A stretch of 64,000 nucleotides of DNA, from positions 6,368,001 to 6,432,000 of the forward strand of contig OY970303.1 of the NCBI GenBank assembly GCA_963716255.1, written 5' to 3'. Source of the DNA: an uncultured Gemmatimonadales bacterium. GTDB taxonomy: Bacteria > Gemmatimonadota > Gemmatimonadetes > Longimicrobiales > Longimicrobiaceae. Shown one piece after another: positions 1 to 12,366 of the stretch. Both the position numbers and the translations under genes were made by a program. The first letter of the stretch is position 1; every line of letters starts with the position of its first letter. The notes beneath the pieces are model-generated. The model was not told where the DNA came from and ran no database searches. It worked only from the letters and a program-made list of their open reading frames with translations.

Positions 1-618
<618 letters not shown>

Positions 619-641
619 CGCTCCCCGCGGCGAGGAACACG

Positions 642-675
642 GAGGCCCCGGCACCGCGCCGGGGCCTCTTCGTTT
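642..675 (+). terminator. Probable intrinsic terminator after recA
   Basis: GAGGCCCCGG-caccgcg-CCGGGGCCTC followed by TTCGTTT. Confidence 0.7.
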
Positions 676-710
676 GCGCGTTCCCGGCCCCGGTACGTCG
701 GTTGCATGGT

Positions 711-739
711 TTGCCGATCCGGGGCGGGGCCGGTATCAT
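711..739 (+). promoter_or_regulatory. Putative sigma70 promoter for kup genes
   Basis: TTGCCG-17 nt-TATCAT, 80 nt upstream of the ATG at 819. Confidence 0.55.
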
Positions 740-818
740 GGTGGAGTCGCACGGCGCCTCCCGATTCCGGGCGGCGCCTCGGTTTTTTGATGCAGGCACA
801 CTCCTCCGGACCGACACC

Positions 819-2777
819 ATGCGCTCCGACGAGCCCGGCGATAAACAGATGGACCCCGCTCCCGCGGCGGCTTCGGGGCCGCCGGCCGCCGAGCACGGGC
901 ACGGCGCGCAGCCGCGGGGGCGCTACTTGGCCCTCCTTTCCCTGTCGGCGCTGGGCGTCGTCTACGGCGACATCGGCACCAGCCCCCTGTACTCCATCAA
1001 GGAATCGTTCCACCACGCGCACAACATCCTGCCCACCGAAGCCAACGTCCTGGGCGTGCTCTCGATGGTGTTCTGGTCGCTGGTGCTGATCATCTCCGTC
1101 AAGTACGCGCTCTTCGTGCTGCGCGCGGACAACCGCGGCGAGGGCGGGATCCTGGCGCTCACCAGCCTGGCGACGCCGGTGGCCGCACGGCGCCGCAGCG
1201 GGCGCTGGGTGCTGATCATGCTGGGGCTCTTCGGCACGGCGCTGCTGTACGGCGACGGGATGATCACCCCGGTGATCTCGGTGCTCAGCGCGGTGGAGGG
1301 GCTGGGCGTCGCCACGCCGTTCTTCGAGCCGTACGTGGTGCCCATCACCATCGCCATCCTGGTGGGGCTCTTCGCGGTGCAGAGCCGGGGGACGGCGGGG
1401 ATCGGCAAGGTCTTCGGGCCGGTGATGGTGCTCTGGTTCCTCACCCTCGTGGCGCTGGGGCTCTCGCAGATCGTGCGCGAGCCGCACGTGTTCGTCGCGC
1501 TCAACCCGCTGCTGGCGGCGCGCTTCTTCGCGGAGAACGGCTACAACGGCTTCCTGGTGCTGGGCTCGGTGTTCCTGGTGGTGACGGGGGGCGAGGCGCT
1601 GTACGCGGACATGGGCCACTTCGGGCTGCGCCCCATCCGCTACGCCTGGTTCGTGGTGGTGCTGCCGGCGCTGCTGATCAACTACTTCGGGCAGGGGGCG
1701 CTGCTGCTGCGGCACCCGGAAGCGGTGGAGAACCCCTTCTTCCGCATGGCCCCGCCCTGGGCGCTGTACCCGCTGGTGGTGCTGGCGACGCTGGCGACGG
1801 TGATCGCGTCGCAGGCGCTGATCACGGGGGCGTTCTCGCTCACCATGCAGGCGGTGCAGCTGGGGTACATGCCGCGGGTGCTCATCGAGCACACCTCGTC
1901 CAAGGAGCGCGGACAGATCTACATTCCCTCCATCAACTGGGCGCTGATGGTGTCGTGCATCGGCCTGGTGCTGGGATTCCGCTCGTCCAGCAACGTGGCC
2001 GCGGCGTACGGCGTGGCGGTGACCACCACCATGGTGATCACCACGCTGCTGCTGTTCACGGTGGAGCGGGAGCGGTGGAAGTGGCCGCTGTGGGCCTCGG
2101 TGGGGTTCACCGCGTTCTTTCTGATCGTGGACCTCGCCTTCTGGGGCGCGAACATCGTCAAGATCCCCCACGGCGGCTGGTTCCCGCTGGTGGTGGGGGT
2201 GCTGATCTTCGCGGCGATGACCACCTGGAAGACGGGGCGCCGGATCCTGGGGACGCGGCTTGCGGAAAGCTCGCTCCCCTGGGAGTTCTTCGTGCACGAC
2301 ATGGCGGCCAACCCCATCCACCGCGTCCCGGGGACGGCGGTGTTCATGTACGGCAACCCGGAGGGGACGCCGCCGGCGCTGCTGCACAGCCTCAAGCACT
2401 ACAAGGTGATCCACGAGCAGGTGGTGCTGCTGGCGATCGAGACTGCAGAGGTGCCGCACGTGCTGCCGGAGGAGCGCTTCACCGTGGACGTGCTGGGGCA
2501 CGGCTTCTTCCGAATCGTGCTGCGCTACGGCTTCATGGAGGACCCGGAGGTGCCGACGGCGCTGGCGGAGGTGCGGGCCCCGGGGCTGGACCTGGGCGCG
2601 GGCCGCACCACCTTCTTCCTGGGCCGGGAAACGCTGATTCCTTCGAAGAGGCCGGGGATGGCGCTGTGGAGGGAGAAGCTGTTCGCGCTGATGGCCCGCA
2701 ACGCGCGTCCGGCTACCGCGTTCTTCGGCCTGCCGCCCAACCGGGTGGTGGAGCTGGGCGCGCAGATCGAGCTCTGA
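819..2777 (+). CDS. kup: KUP/HAK/KT potassium transporter, copy 1 (start 819 or 849)
   Basis: GVVYGDIGTSPLY, ADNRGEGG, GGEALYADMGHFG, C-terminal FLGRET...VVELG; the ORF extension to 453 overlaps recA and is rejected. Confidence 0.96.
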   Translation: MRSDEPGDKQMDPAPAAASGPPAAEHGHGAQPRGRYLALLSLSALGVVYGDIGTSPLYSIKESFHHAHNILPTEANVLGVLSMVFWSLVLIISVKYALFVLRADNRGEGGILALTSLATPVAARRRSGRWVLIMLGLFGTALLYGDGMITPVISVLSAVEGLGVATPFFEPYVVPITIAILVGLFAVQSRGTAGIGKVFGPVMVLWFLTLVALGLSQIVREPHVFVALNPLLAARFFAENGYNGFLVLGSVFLVVTGGEALYADMGHFGLRPIRYAWFVVVLPALLINYFGQGALLLRHPEAVENPFFRMAPPWALYPLVVLATLATVIASQALITGAFSLTMQAVQLGYMPRVLIEHTSSKERGQIYIPSINWALMVSCIGLVLGFRSSSNVAAAYGVAVTTTMVITTLLLFTVERERWKWPLWASVGFTAFFLIVDLAFWGANIVKIPHGGWFPLVVGVLIFAAMTTWKTGRRILGTRLAESSLPWEFFVHDMAANPIHRVPGTAVFMYGNPEGTPPALLHSLKHYKVIHEQVVLLAIETAEVPHVLPEERFTVDVLGHGFFRIVLRYGFMEDPEVPTALAEVRAPGLDLGAGRTTFFLGRETLIPSKRPGMALWREKLFALMARNARPATAFFGLPPNRVVELGAQIEL

Positions 2778-2793
2778 TCCGGAGGCGAGCACC

Positions 2794-4695
2794 GTGGAGC
2801 AGACGGGACACCAGGCGGGCCACCCGGCCCCCACCGGCCGTTACCTGTACGTCCTCGCCCTGGCGGCGCTGGGCGTCGTGTACGGCGACATCGGCACCAG
2901 CCCGCTGTACGCCATGCGGGAGGCGTTCCGCGAGGACACGGGGATCGCGGCCACGCCGGCCAACGTGCTGGGGATCCTGTCGCTGATCTTCTGGGCGCTG
3001 ATCCTGGTCATCTCCATCAAGTACCTTTGGTTCGTCATGCAGGCGGACAACCGGGGCGAGGGGGGGATGATCGCGCTCACGGCGCTGGTCGCGCCGCTGC
3101 GCACCTCCGCGAAGGGGCGCAGCGGGGCTCTGGTGCTGATCGGGCTGTTCGGCGCGGCGCTGCTGTACGGCGACAGCATGATCACGCCGGCCATCTCGGT
3201 GCTCAGCGCGGTGGAGGGGCTGGAGGTGGCGACGCCGCTCTTCCGTCCCTACATCCTCCCCATCACCATCTCCATCCTGGTCGGCATCTTCGCCGTGCAG
3301 AGCCGGGGGACGGCGGGGATCGGCAAGGTGTTCGGGCCCGTGACGCTGCTCTGGTTCCTGACGCTGGGCGCGCTGGGGCTCGCGGAGATCCTGCGCCACC
3401 CCGGGGTGCTGCGGGCGGTGAGCCCGCTGTACGGGGCGGAGTTCTTCGCGCGCAACGGCTCGGCGGGGTTCTTCGTCCTGGGCTCGGTGTTCCTGGTGGT
3501 GACGGGCGGGGAGGCGCTGTACGCGGACATGGGCCACTTCGGCAGGCGCCCCATCCGCATGACCTGGTTCGGGGTGGTGCTCCCCATGCTCCTGCTGAAC
3601 TACTTCGGGCAGGGGGCGCTGATCATCAACGAGCCGGGGGCGGTGGAGCACCCCTTCTTCCTGCTGGCGCCGGACTGGGCGCTGTACCCGCTGGTGGGGC
3701 TGGCGACCTTCGCGACGGTGATCGCCTCGCAGGCGGTGATCTCGGGCGCCTTCTCGCTGACGCGGCAGGCGGTCCAGCTGGGATACCTGCCGCGGCTCAC
3801 CATCGAGCACACGTCGGAGCGCCAGATCGGGCAGATCTACGTGCCGTCGGTGAACTGGGCGCTGATGGTGGCGTGCATCGGGCTGGTTCTCGGCTTCGGC
3901 GAATCCAGCAAGCTGGCGGCGGCGTACGGGGTGGCGGTGACCACGGACATGGTGTTCACGACCATCCTCTTCTCGGCGGTGGCGCGCTCCAAGTGGGGGT
4001 GGAGCTGGCTGCGTGTGGGGGCGCTGGCGGCGTTCTTTCTGGTGGTGGACCTCGCCTTCTGGGGCGCGAACATCGTCAAAATCCCCCACGGCGGCTGGTT
4101 CCCGCTGGTGATCGCCGGGATCATCTTCACGCTGATGACGACCTGGAAGAAGGGGCGGCAGATCCTGGCGGCGCGCCTGCACGCGACGACGCTGCCCTTC
4201 GATTTCTTCATGAAGGACGTGGAGATGAACCCGCCCACGCGGGTGCCGGGGACGTCGGTGTTCATGTACGGCAACTCGGACGGGACGCCGCCGGCGCTCC
4301 TCCACAACCTGATCCACAACAAGGTGCTGCACGAGCGGGTGGTGCTGCTGACGGTGGAGACGGCGGAGATCCCGGTGGTGGCCGCGGAGGACCGTACGGA
4401 GGTGATCGCGCTGGGGACGGGCTTCTTCCGGGTGATCCTGCGCTACGGCTTCACGGAGGACCCGGACATCCCGGCGGTGCTCTACTCCCTCGGCGACGCG
4501 GGGCTGGTGCTGAAGCCCATGGAGACCAGCTACTTCCTGGGCCGCGAGACGCTGATCCCCTCCAAGAACCCGGGGATGGCGATCTGGCGGGAGCACATCT
4601 TCTGGATCATGTCGCGCAACGCCCGTAGCGCCACCTCGTACTTCGGGCTTCCCCCCAACCGGGTCGTGGAGCTGGGCGCGCAGATCGAGCTGTAG
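2794..4695 (+). CDS. kup: KUP/HAK/KT potassium transporter, copy 2
   Basis: Same Kup motifs; GGAGG RBS upstream of GTG start. Confidence 0.96.
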   Translation: MEQTGHQAGHPAPTGRYLYVLALAALGVVYGDIGTSPLYAMREAFREDTGIAATPANVLGILSLIFWALILVISIKYLWFVMQADNRGEGGMIALTALVAPLRTSAKGRSGALVLIGLFGAALLYGDSMITPAISVLSAVEGLEVATPLFRPYILPITISILVGIFAVQSRGTAGIGKVFGPVTLLWFLTLGALGLAEILRHPGVLRAVSPLYGAEFFARNGSAGFFVLGSVFLVVTGGEALYADMGHFGRRPIRMTWFGVVLPMLLLNYFGQGALIINEPGAVEHPFFLLAPDWALYPLVGLATFATVIASQAVISGAFSLTRQAVQLGYLPRLTIEHTSERQIGQIYVPSVNWALMVACIGLVLGFGESSKLAAAYGVAVTTDMVFTTILFSAVARSKWGWSWLRVGALAAFFLVVDLAFWGANIVKIPHGGWFPLVIAGIIFTLMTTWKKGRQILAARLHATTLPFDFFMKDVEMNPPTRVPGTSVFMYGNSDGTPPALLHNLIHNKVLHERVVLLTVETAEIPVVAAEDRTEVIALGTGFFRVILRYGFTEDPDIPAVLYSLGDAGLVLKPMETSYFLGRETLIPSKNPGMAIWREHIFWIMSRNARSATSYFGLPPNRVVELGAQIEL

Positions 4696-4798
4696 CGCCC
4701 GCCCGGCCCGTCCGCCGCCCGCCGAGGGATCCCTCGGCGGGGGAGCGCGGTATCAGCTTGCGTCCGCACGCGCCGGTTCCACCTTCACGCCGGGGTCC

Positions 4799-5634
4799 AC
4801 TCCGCTGTTCCAGCACCTCAACGGCCGCCGCACGCGCGATTCGCGGCGGCGGGCCCTCCGCAGCCTGGCCCTCTCGGCCCTGGTGCACGCCGCCATCCTG
4901 GCGCTGGCGATCCTCGCCGGGCGCAAGGCGGGCTACGCGCTGCTGGACGACGGGACGCTCACGGGTGTGTCGGACGGGCCGGCGGGGGGCGGCGGGGGCG
5001 GCGGCGGCGGGGGGGAGAGCAGGTGACGTACCTGGACATCGCGCCGCCGGCGCCCACGGCCGCGCCGGAGCTGACGCTCACCGTGCCGGAGGTGGCCCCG
5101 CCGGTGGAGCCGGAGCCCGAGCCGGAGCCGGAGACCCCGCCTCCCCCCACGCCGGCGCCGCCCGCTCCCGCGCCTCCCACCGCGGCTCCCGCGGCCGGGT
5201 CGCAGCCGAACCCGGGCGCTGCGTCGGCGGGGCAGGGCGGGGGGACGGGGGCGGGCACGGGGGCCGGGCAGGGCGAGGGGGTGGGGCCGGGGACGGGGCC
5301 CGGGTCGGGCGGAGGCAGCGGCGGGGGGACGGGGGGCGGGATCGGGTCGGGGGTGGGGCCGGGGACGGGGGCGGGACGGATGGTGGCGCCGGTGCCGGAG
5401 TTCGTGCTGATCCCGCCCAGCAACCCGCCGCGCGGGGTGCGCGGGGACTCGCTGGTGGTGCGGCTGAACATCGACGTGGCGGGCAAGGTGAGGGACGTGC
5501 AGTTCCGCTCCACGGGCGACCGCGGGTACGACCAGAAGCTGCGGCGCACGGCGATGGAGTGGCGGTTCCGGCCGGCGCGCGATCCGTCCAGCAAGCCGAT
5601 CGCGGTGGCGTACGACGTGACGCTGCAGTTCTGA
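4799..5634 (+). pseudogene. TonB-family energy transducer split by an apparent 1-nt frameshift at a G7 run (5009-5015); start codon not identified
   Basis: Frame 2 encodes TM helix ...SLALSALVHAAILALAIL (SxxxH) and stops at 5024-5026; frame 1 continues with Pro/Glu-rich and Gly-rich linker and a TonB_C-like end (IDVAGKV...WRFRPARD). Confidence 0.6.
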
Positions 5635-5651
5635 CGGTGCTTCCGTGACGG

Positions 5652-5686
5652 CAGAACGCCTCCCGCTGCGGCCAGTGGGAGGCGTT
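5652..5686. terminator. Hairpin between convergent genes, probable terminator
   Basis: AACGCCTCCCGCTG-cggc-CAGTGGGAGGCGTT. Confidence 0.6.
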
Positions 5687-5729
5687 TCTCGTCTTCGTGG
5701 CCTGGGGTTTCGTGCTCGGGGTCGTCGGC

Positions 5730-5822
5730 GGGGCCCTCCCTACGAAATTCGACAACCCGAAGGGACTCGCTTGCGAGCACTCGCTGTCGCTCGGACAGCT
5801 CGAATTTCTACGGGAGGACCCC
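5730..5822. repeat. Structured intergenic element sharing a sub-module with repeat family C
   Basis: CCTCCC-TAC-GAAATTCGA...TCGAATTTC-TAC-GGGAGG outer stem; internal ACCCGAAGGGACTCGC...GAGCACTCGC matches 43349-43386 and the reverse complement of about 31378-31404. Confidence 0.55.
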
Positions 5823-5841
5823 ACCTCCTCCCTGCGGGCGC

Positions 5842-6933
5842 CTATGCGTCCGCCATGACGCGCCGGGCGGCTGTCTCCGCGATCCTGTCCAGGTCGCCGT
5901 AGACGCCGTCCATGTCGTTTACCGGGAAGCCGACCCATTCCGGGCCGGAGCCGGGGGTGCGGACGTGCAGGGTCTGGGCTTCGCGGTCGGAGCGGAAGGT
6001 GAGGTCCGGGTCGGCGCCGCGGGCGCGGATCCTGGTGCGGACGAGCTCTTCCAGCTCGGCCCAGCGGGCGTCCAGGCGGGGGGCGAAGAAGCGGCCCCAA
6101 TGGGGGCGGCGGCCGTCGGCGTCCTGGAAGCCGTACTCGTCGGAGAGCGTCCACGAGGCGTAGGTGCCGCCGGCCTTCTTCCACACCTGCGGGTCGGCGG
6201 CGAGCGCGGCTACGGCGCGGCCCACGTAGAGCGGGGTCTCGGACTCGGCGAAGTAGGGCTCGCTCGCGACGGCGTCGCGCCAGTTCTCCTCGGCGACGCC
6301 GAAGCCGTCGAGCATGGCCTCGGAGCGGAGGAAGCCGGGGGTGACGGCGAGCGCGGTGACGCCGTGCGGCCGCAGCTCGTACGCCATTGCCGTGGCGAGG
6401 CGCATGGCGGAGGTCTTCGCCAGGTCGTAGAAGAACATCCCGCGGTAGCGGAGGGAGTCGCCGTCGGTGACCTCCACCACCAGCCCGCTCCCGTGCTCCA
6501 CCATCAGCGGGACGCCGTGGCGCGCGGTGATGGCGTGCGACCACACGGCGCGCTCCTGCATGAGGAGCCCCCTGGGCACGTCGCTCTCCCAGAACGGCTT
6601 TTCCCACTCGATCAGCTCGTCGCCGCCCCACACGTCGTTGACCAGCACGTCCAGCCGGCCCTGCTCGGCGCGGACGCGCTCGAAGAGCGCGCGCACCTCG
6701 TCCTCCACCGTGTGGTCGGTGCGAACGGCGATCCCCACGCCGCCCGCCGCGGTCACCAGCTCGGCGGTCTCCTCGATGGTCTCCGGCCGGGTGCCGGTGG
6801 CGGGCCGCCCTCGCACGCTCCGCCCGGTGCAGTAGACGGTCGCGCCGGCTTCACCCAGCGCGCGCGCGATGCCGCGCCCCGCTCCGCGCGTGGCCCCCGC
6901 GACCACTGCGATCCTGTCCTGTAGCGGCTTCAC
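5842..6933 (-). CDS. SDR family oxidoreductase
   Basis: AGATRGAGRG Rossmann motif, LDVLVND, YDLAK catalytic YxxxK. Confidence 0.93.
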   Translation of the reverse strand: MKPLQDRIAVVAGATRGAGRGIARALGEAGATVYCTGRSVRGRPATGTRPETIEETAELVTAAGGVGIAVRTDHTVEDEVRALFERVRAEQGRLDVLVNDVWGGDELIEWEKPFWESDVPRGLLMQERAVWSHAITARHGVPLMVEHGSGLVVEVTDGDSLRYRGMFFYDLAKTSAMRLATAMAYELRPHGVTALAVTPGFLRSEAMLDGFGVAEENWRDAVASEPYFAESETPLYVGRAVAALAADPQVWKKAGGTYASWTLSDEYGFQDADGRRPHWGRFFAPRLDARWAELEELVRTRIRARGADPDLTFRSDREAQTLHVRTPGSGPEWVGFPVNDMDGVYGDLDRIAETAARRVMADA

Positions 6934-6961
6934 CAGATACCCTCCGCGTGATGGGTGATGC

Positions 6962-6975
6962 TAAACGATGGTTTA
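6962..6975. promoter_or_regulatory. Candidate TetR operator in AT-rich divergent promoter region
   Basis: Inverted repeat TAAAC-GATG-GTTTA between divergent SDR and TetR genes. Confidence 0.5.
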
Positions 6976-7015
6976 ATTACTTGATTCTAAATTTCAATTC
7001 AGTTATGGTCAAGCC

Positions 7016-7618
7016 ATGTCTCCCCGACCCCGCACCGCCTCCGACGCGGAGATCGTCGCCGCGCTGTCCCGCGTGATCTCGCGCGTGGGGCTCGCCCACG
7101 CGACGCTGGCCGCCGTCGCCGCGGAGGTGGGACTGACCGCGGGCGCGCTGGTGCAGCGCTTCGGGTCCAAGCGCGGGCTGCTGCTGGCGCTCTCGCGCGG
7201 AGCCGTCGCGGGAGTGGGCGAACAGGTGGCGGCCGCGCGCCGGGAGAATGCGTCGCCGCTGGCGGCGCTGCTCGACTACGCCGGCTCCACGACGCGGTTC
7301 GCCCACACGCCGGAGGAGTTCGCCAACCACCTGGCGTTCTTTCAGCTCGATCTGACGGACCCTGAGTTCCATGCCGCCGCGCTGGATTTCTTTCGCGTGG
7401 AGCACGAGGCGCTGCAGGCGCTGCTGGAGGATGCCGTCGCCGCGGACGAGCTGCGGCGGGGAGTGAACACGGTGCGTCTCGCGCGGGCCGTGCAGGAGGC
7501 GATCAACGGCGCGCGGGTGGTGTGGGCGGTGATGCGGGACGGGACGATGGAGGAGCGGACGCGTGGGGCGGTGGAGGTGCTGCTGGGCAGTGTGGGGGGT
7601 GGGCGATCGGGAAGGTAG
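7016..7618 (+). CDS. TetR/AcrR family transcriptional regulator
   Basis: N-terminal HTH ATLAAVAAEVGLTAGALVQRFGSKRGLL. Confidence 0.92.
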   Translation: MSPRPRTASDAEIVAALSRVISRVGLAHATLAAVAAEVGLTAGALVQRFGSKRGLLLALSRGAVAGVGEQVAAARRENASPLAALLDYAGSTTRFAHTPEEFANHLAFFQLDLTDPEFHAAALDFFRVEHEALQALLEDAVAADELRRGVNTVRLARAVQEAINGARVVWAVMRDGTMEERTRGAVEVLLGSVGGGRSGR

Positions 7619-7664
7619 CGCGGGTCGGATAGCAGGAGGGGCAGCGGCCTGAACAGAAGCGCGC

Positions 7665-7961
7665 CTACCGCAACCCGTCGGTTGGGAACTGCCGCGCCGA
7701 GTGGATTACTGCGACTACTTCCAGCAGCTCAGCCCGGACACGGTAGACAATCCTGTATGGAGGTTCGATCACTTCTCGAAGCGTGCTCTGGCCAACCTCC
7801 GGAACGATGCGTCCAGAGAGTGGATGGGTGCCGAGGCGATCGACAGCCGCGACGAGCCGTTCGGCTACGATCCGGGCATAACGCGGCGAGTCGCGGGCGA
7901 TGTAGGACCGGATCTCCTGCACGTGTTCCAGAGCGGGCCGCGTCCAGACGAGTTGTGTCAC
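7665..7961 (-). CDS. Type II toxin, ParE/RelE superfamily
   Basis: 98 aa; VWTRPA...IARDSP...P.SGRIVPE...YRIVYRV...VIHSAR; overlaps antitoxin stop (GTGA). Confidence 0.88.
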   Translation of the reverse strand: MTQLVWTRPALEHVQEIRSYIARDSPRYARIVAERLVAAVDRLGTHPLSGRIVPEVGQSTLREVIEPPYRIVYRVRAELLEVVAVIHSARQFPTDGLR

Positions 7962-8170
7962 TCCCCCCCGCCAGGTGAGGCAGCATTCGGGTCGTCTAGG
8001 AGTATACGCCGCGCCTCCTCGTGCGGCACTACGTCGCCCCGGTCGGCAGCCTCCAGGCCACGAGCGACTTTGGAGAGGAAGTACAGCCGATCCATGGCGT
8101 CTTCCACCGTCGCGTCTTCAGGGAGCCGCTCCACTGCTTCGCGGAGCAGCTGCTTGGCGGTTACGGACAT
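7958..8170 (-). CDS. Cognate antitoxin
   Basis: 70-aa acidic protein upstream of toxin, LPEDATVED...GLEAADRGDVVPHEE; GGAGG RBS. Confidence 0.82.
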   Translation of the reverse strand: MSVTAKQLLREAVERLPEDATVEDAMDRLYFLSKVARGLEAADRGDVVPHEEARRILLDDPNAASPGGGE

Positions 8171-8233
8171 AAAGCCTCCGTGCCTAGAGGAAACAAAGCT
8201 CTGAGTCTAATTCGAACCCTTCCGTGTGTACAG

Positions 8234-8363
8234 GTATGACCCGCAGATCAGGCCCGCGCGGCAACGGCGCAAGTGTTGACTCCGCGCGAGGAGTGCCCCT
8301 GCTCCTCAAGCCTGCGCCGGACAGATGCCCGGCCCACTGTCGCCTGCAGCACTCTCGTGAGGC
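8234..8363 (-). mobile_element. Degenerate integron attC-like site 1
   Basis: Minus strand GCCTCAC-6 nt-GCTGCAGGCGAC...CAACACTTGCGCC...GCCTGATC-TGCGG-GTCATAC; 130 bp, begins 7 nt after the ORF stop; R boxes mutated. Confidence 0.5.
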
Positions 8364-8369
8364 AGCAAT

Positions 8370-9101
8370 TTAGGCAGCCATGCCTCTATCTGCGAAGAAA
8401 GATACAGTGTCCAGCGCCTGGAAGAGCCGAAGGCAATCAGCGCGGCCTGCTGAGCCTGAGTCACGCCCGTGTAGCACCCAGTTCCGATTGAGGCGAGAAG
8501 GTGGTGCCTTGGCGAAGTGATGGTTCTGGAATAGCTCCAATGTGAACGCCTCCACCGAGATCCACAGAAGCCGGGACATGCCTTCGTCAACTTCTTTACG
8601 TGCGGTGCTGGAGTGACGCTTGGTATCCGTGCTTCCGAGTTGCCCTGCGAGCGCTGCCAAAAGCCCTTCAAAAATGGTCAGCAGTACCGGCGCCGTCACA
8701 AGGTACTGACCCCTGCGGTACACGCTGATGGTCTGCGAGAGAATTGGCTGCCATGGAGAGAGGGATGGCCGCGATCGGAGCGCACGAAACATCCTCCGCT
8801 CTCGAGCGCGAAACCGGGCTTTGTACTCACGAAGAAAGTACTCGTCGATATCCTCGGGTGTGGTACTACGAACGATTACCTGGGGGGCGATTGTGGCTGC
8901 CCATACTGGGGCTGTCCAACCGCGGCGGCCGAGTTCCTGCGCGTCTGGGTAGAGATGCCGATGGGCCTGATTCCATTGATCAATCGCTTCTGCGATTTGT
9001 GTGGCGGCCTTCGACACCTCGCTCTGCTCAGCCTGATGTGCTGCTTCCAAAATCGAAGCAAACAACTCGGCTGAGTTTGGAAGATCTCGATTGTGTCCCA
9101 T
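8370..9101 (-). CDS. Hypothetical cassette-like protein with C-terminal RxxxxH (HEPN-like) motif
   Basis: 243 aa from ATG 9101; LNRNWVLHG; lower GC and different codon usage from flanks. Confidence 0.75.
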   Translation of the reverse strand: MGHNRDLPNSAELFASILEAAHQAEQSEVSKAATQIAEAIDQWNQAHRHLYPDAQELGRRGWTAPVWAATIAPQVIVRSTTPEDIDEYFLREYKARFRARERRMFRALRSRPSLSPWQPILSQTISVYRRGQYLVTAPVLLTIFEGLLAALAGQLGSTDTKRHSSTARKEVDEGMSRLLWISVEAFTLELFQNHHFAKAPPSRLNRNWVLHGRDSGSAGRADCLRLFQALDTVSFFADRGMAA

Positions 9102-9125
9102 GGAACGTACTTGACAGTGAGCGCT

Positions 9126-9248
9126 ACCAAACACTCTCAAGGGCAGGCGCAAGGGACAAGAGGCGCAAGTGTTGGCTGCGTGATAAGCGCCCATCCACTG
9201 ATGCGACTATGGCGAGCGACCTCGTTGCCTGCAGCGCGTTGGTTTAAT
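9126..9248 (-). mobile_element. Degenerate integron attC-like site 2
   Basis: Minus strand ATTAAAC-6 nt-GCTGCAGGCAAC...CAACACTTGCGCC...GCGCCTGCCC...GTTTGGT; 123 bp; AAC/GTT core retained. Confidence 0.55.
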
Positions 9249-9274
9249 CGTGTGGACCAGGCGGACAACACGCC

Positions 9275-9304
9275 TTGAGAACGAACCCCGCGGCGCGTTA
9301 TGTT
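9275..9304 (+). promoter_or_regulatory. Putative sigma70 promoter of alaS
   Basis: TTGAGA-18 nt-TATGTT. Confidence 0.45.
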
Positions 9305-9342
9305 ACCCGACTTGGTCCGACCCACACCGAAGAGACGCCCTG

Positions 9343-11981
<2,639 letters not shown>

Positions 11982-11985
<4 letters not shown>

Positions 11986-12317
11986 GCCCGGCGGAGGGGT
12001 GGATCCGGGAGCTCCTGGCGGAGGCGCCCCCGGCGCTCCTGGACGCCATGGCGGCGGCGCTCCCGCCCGACGCGCCGTCGGTGCCGGACGCGCTGGCGGG
12101 CGGGGCCGCCATGCTCCTGGACCGGGTGGCGCGGGGGAGCGGCGGACGCGAGGACGCCCTGCCGCTGCTGGCCGCGGACGCGCTGCTGACGCACGCCTTC
12201 CAGGCGCAGGCGGAGGCGGACCCCGCCGGGGTCGCCGCTCTCGCCGCGCGCTGGGGGGGCGCGGGGCATCTGGGGGAGCTCGCCGCCCGCCTCCTCGCCC
12301 ACGCTCCCCGCCCGTGA
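11982..12317 (+). CDS. Hypothetical protein
   Basis: GTGA overlap with alaS; host-like codon usage. Confidence 0.7.
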
Positions 12318-12366
12318 CCCGCGGCCGGGGCTCGCTTCGCCGGACTCACCTTCCACGCTCCCTCCC

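Noticed and set aside
619..818. c-di-AMP (ydaO) riboswitch upstream of kup
   Set aside because: I could not find the conserved ydaO sequence blocks; the region is explained by a terminator and a sigma70-like promoter
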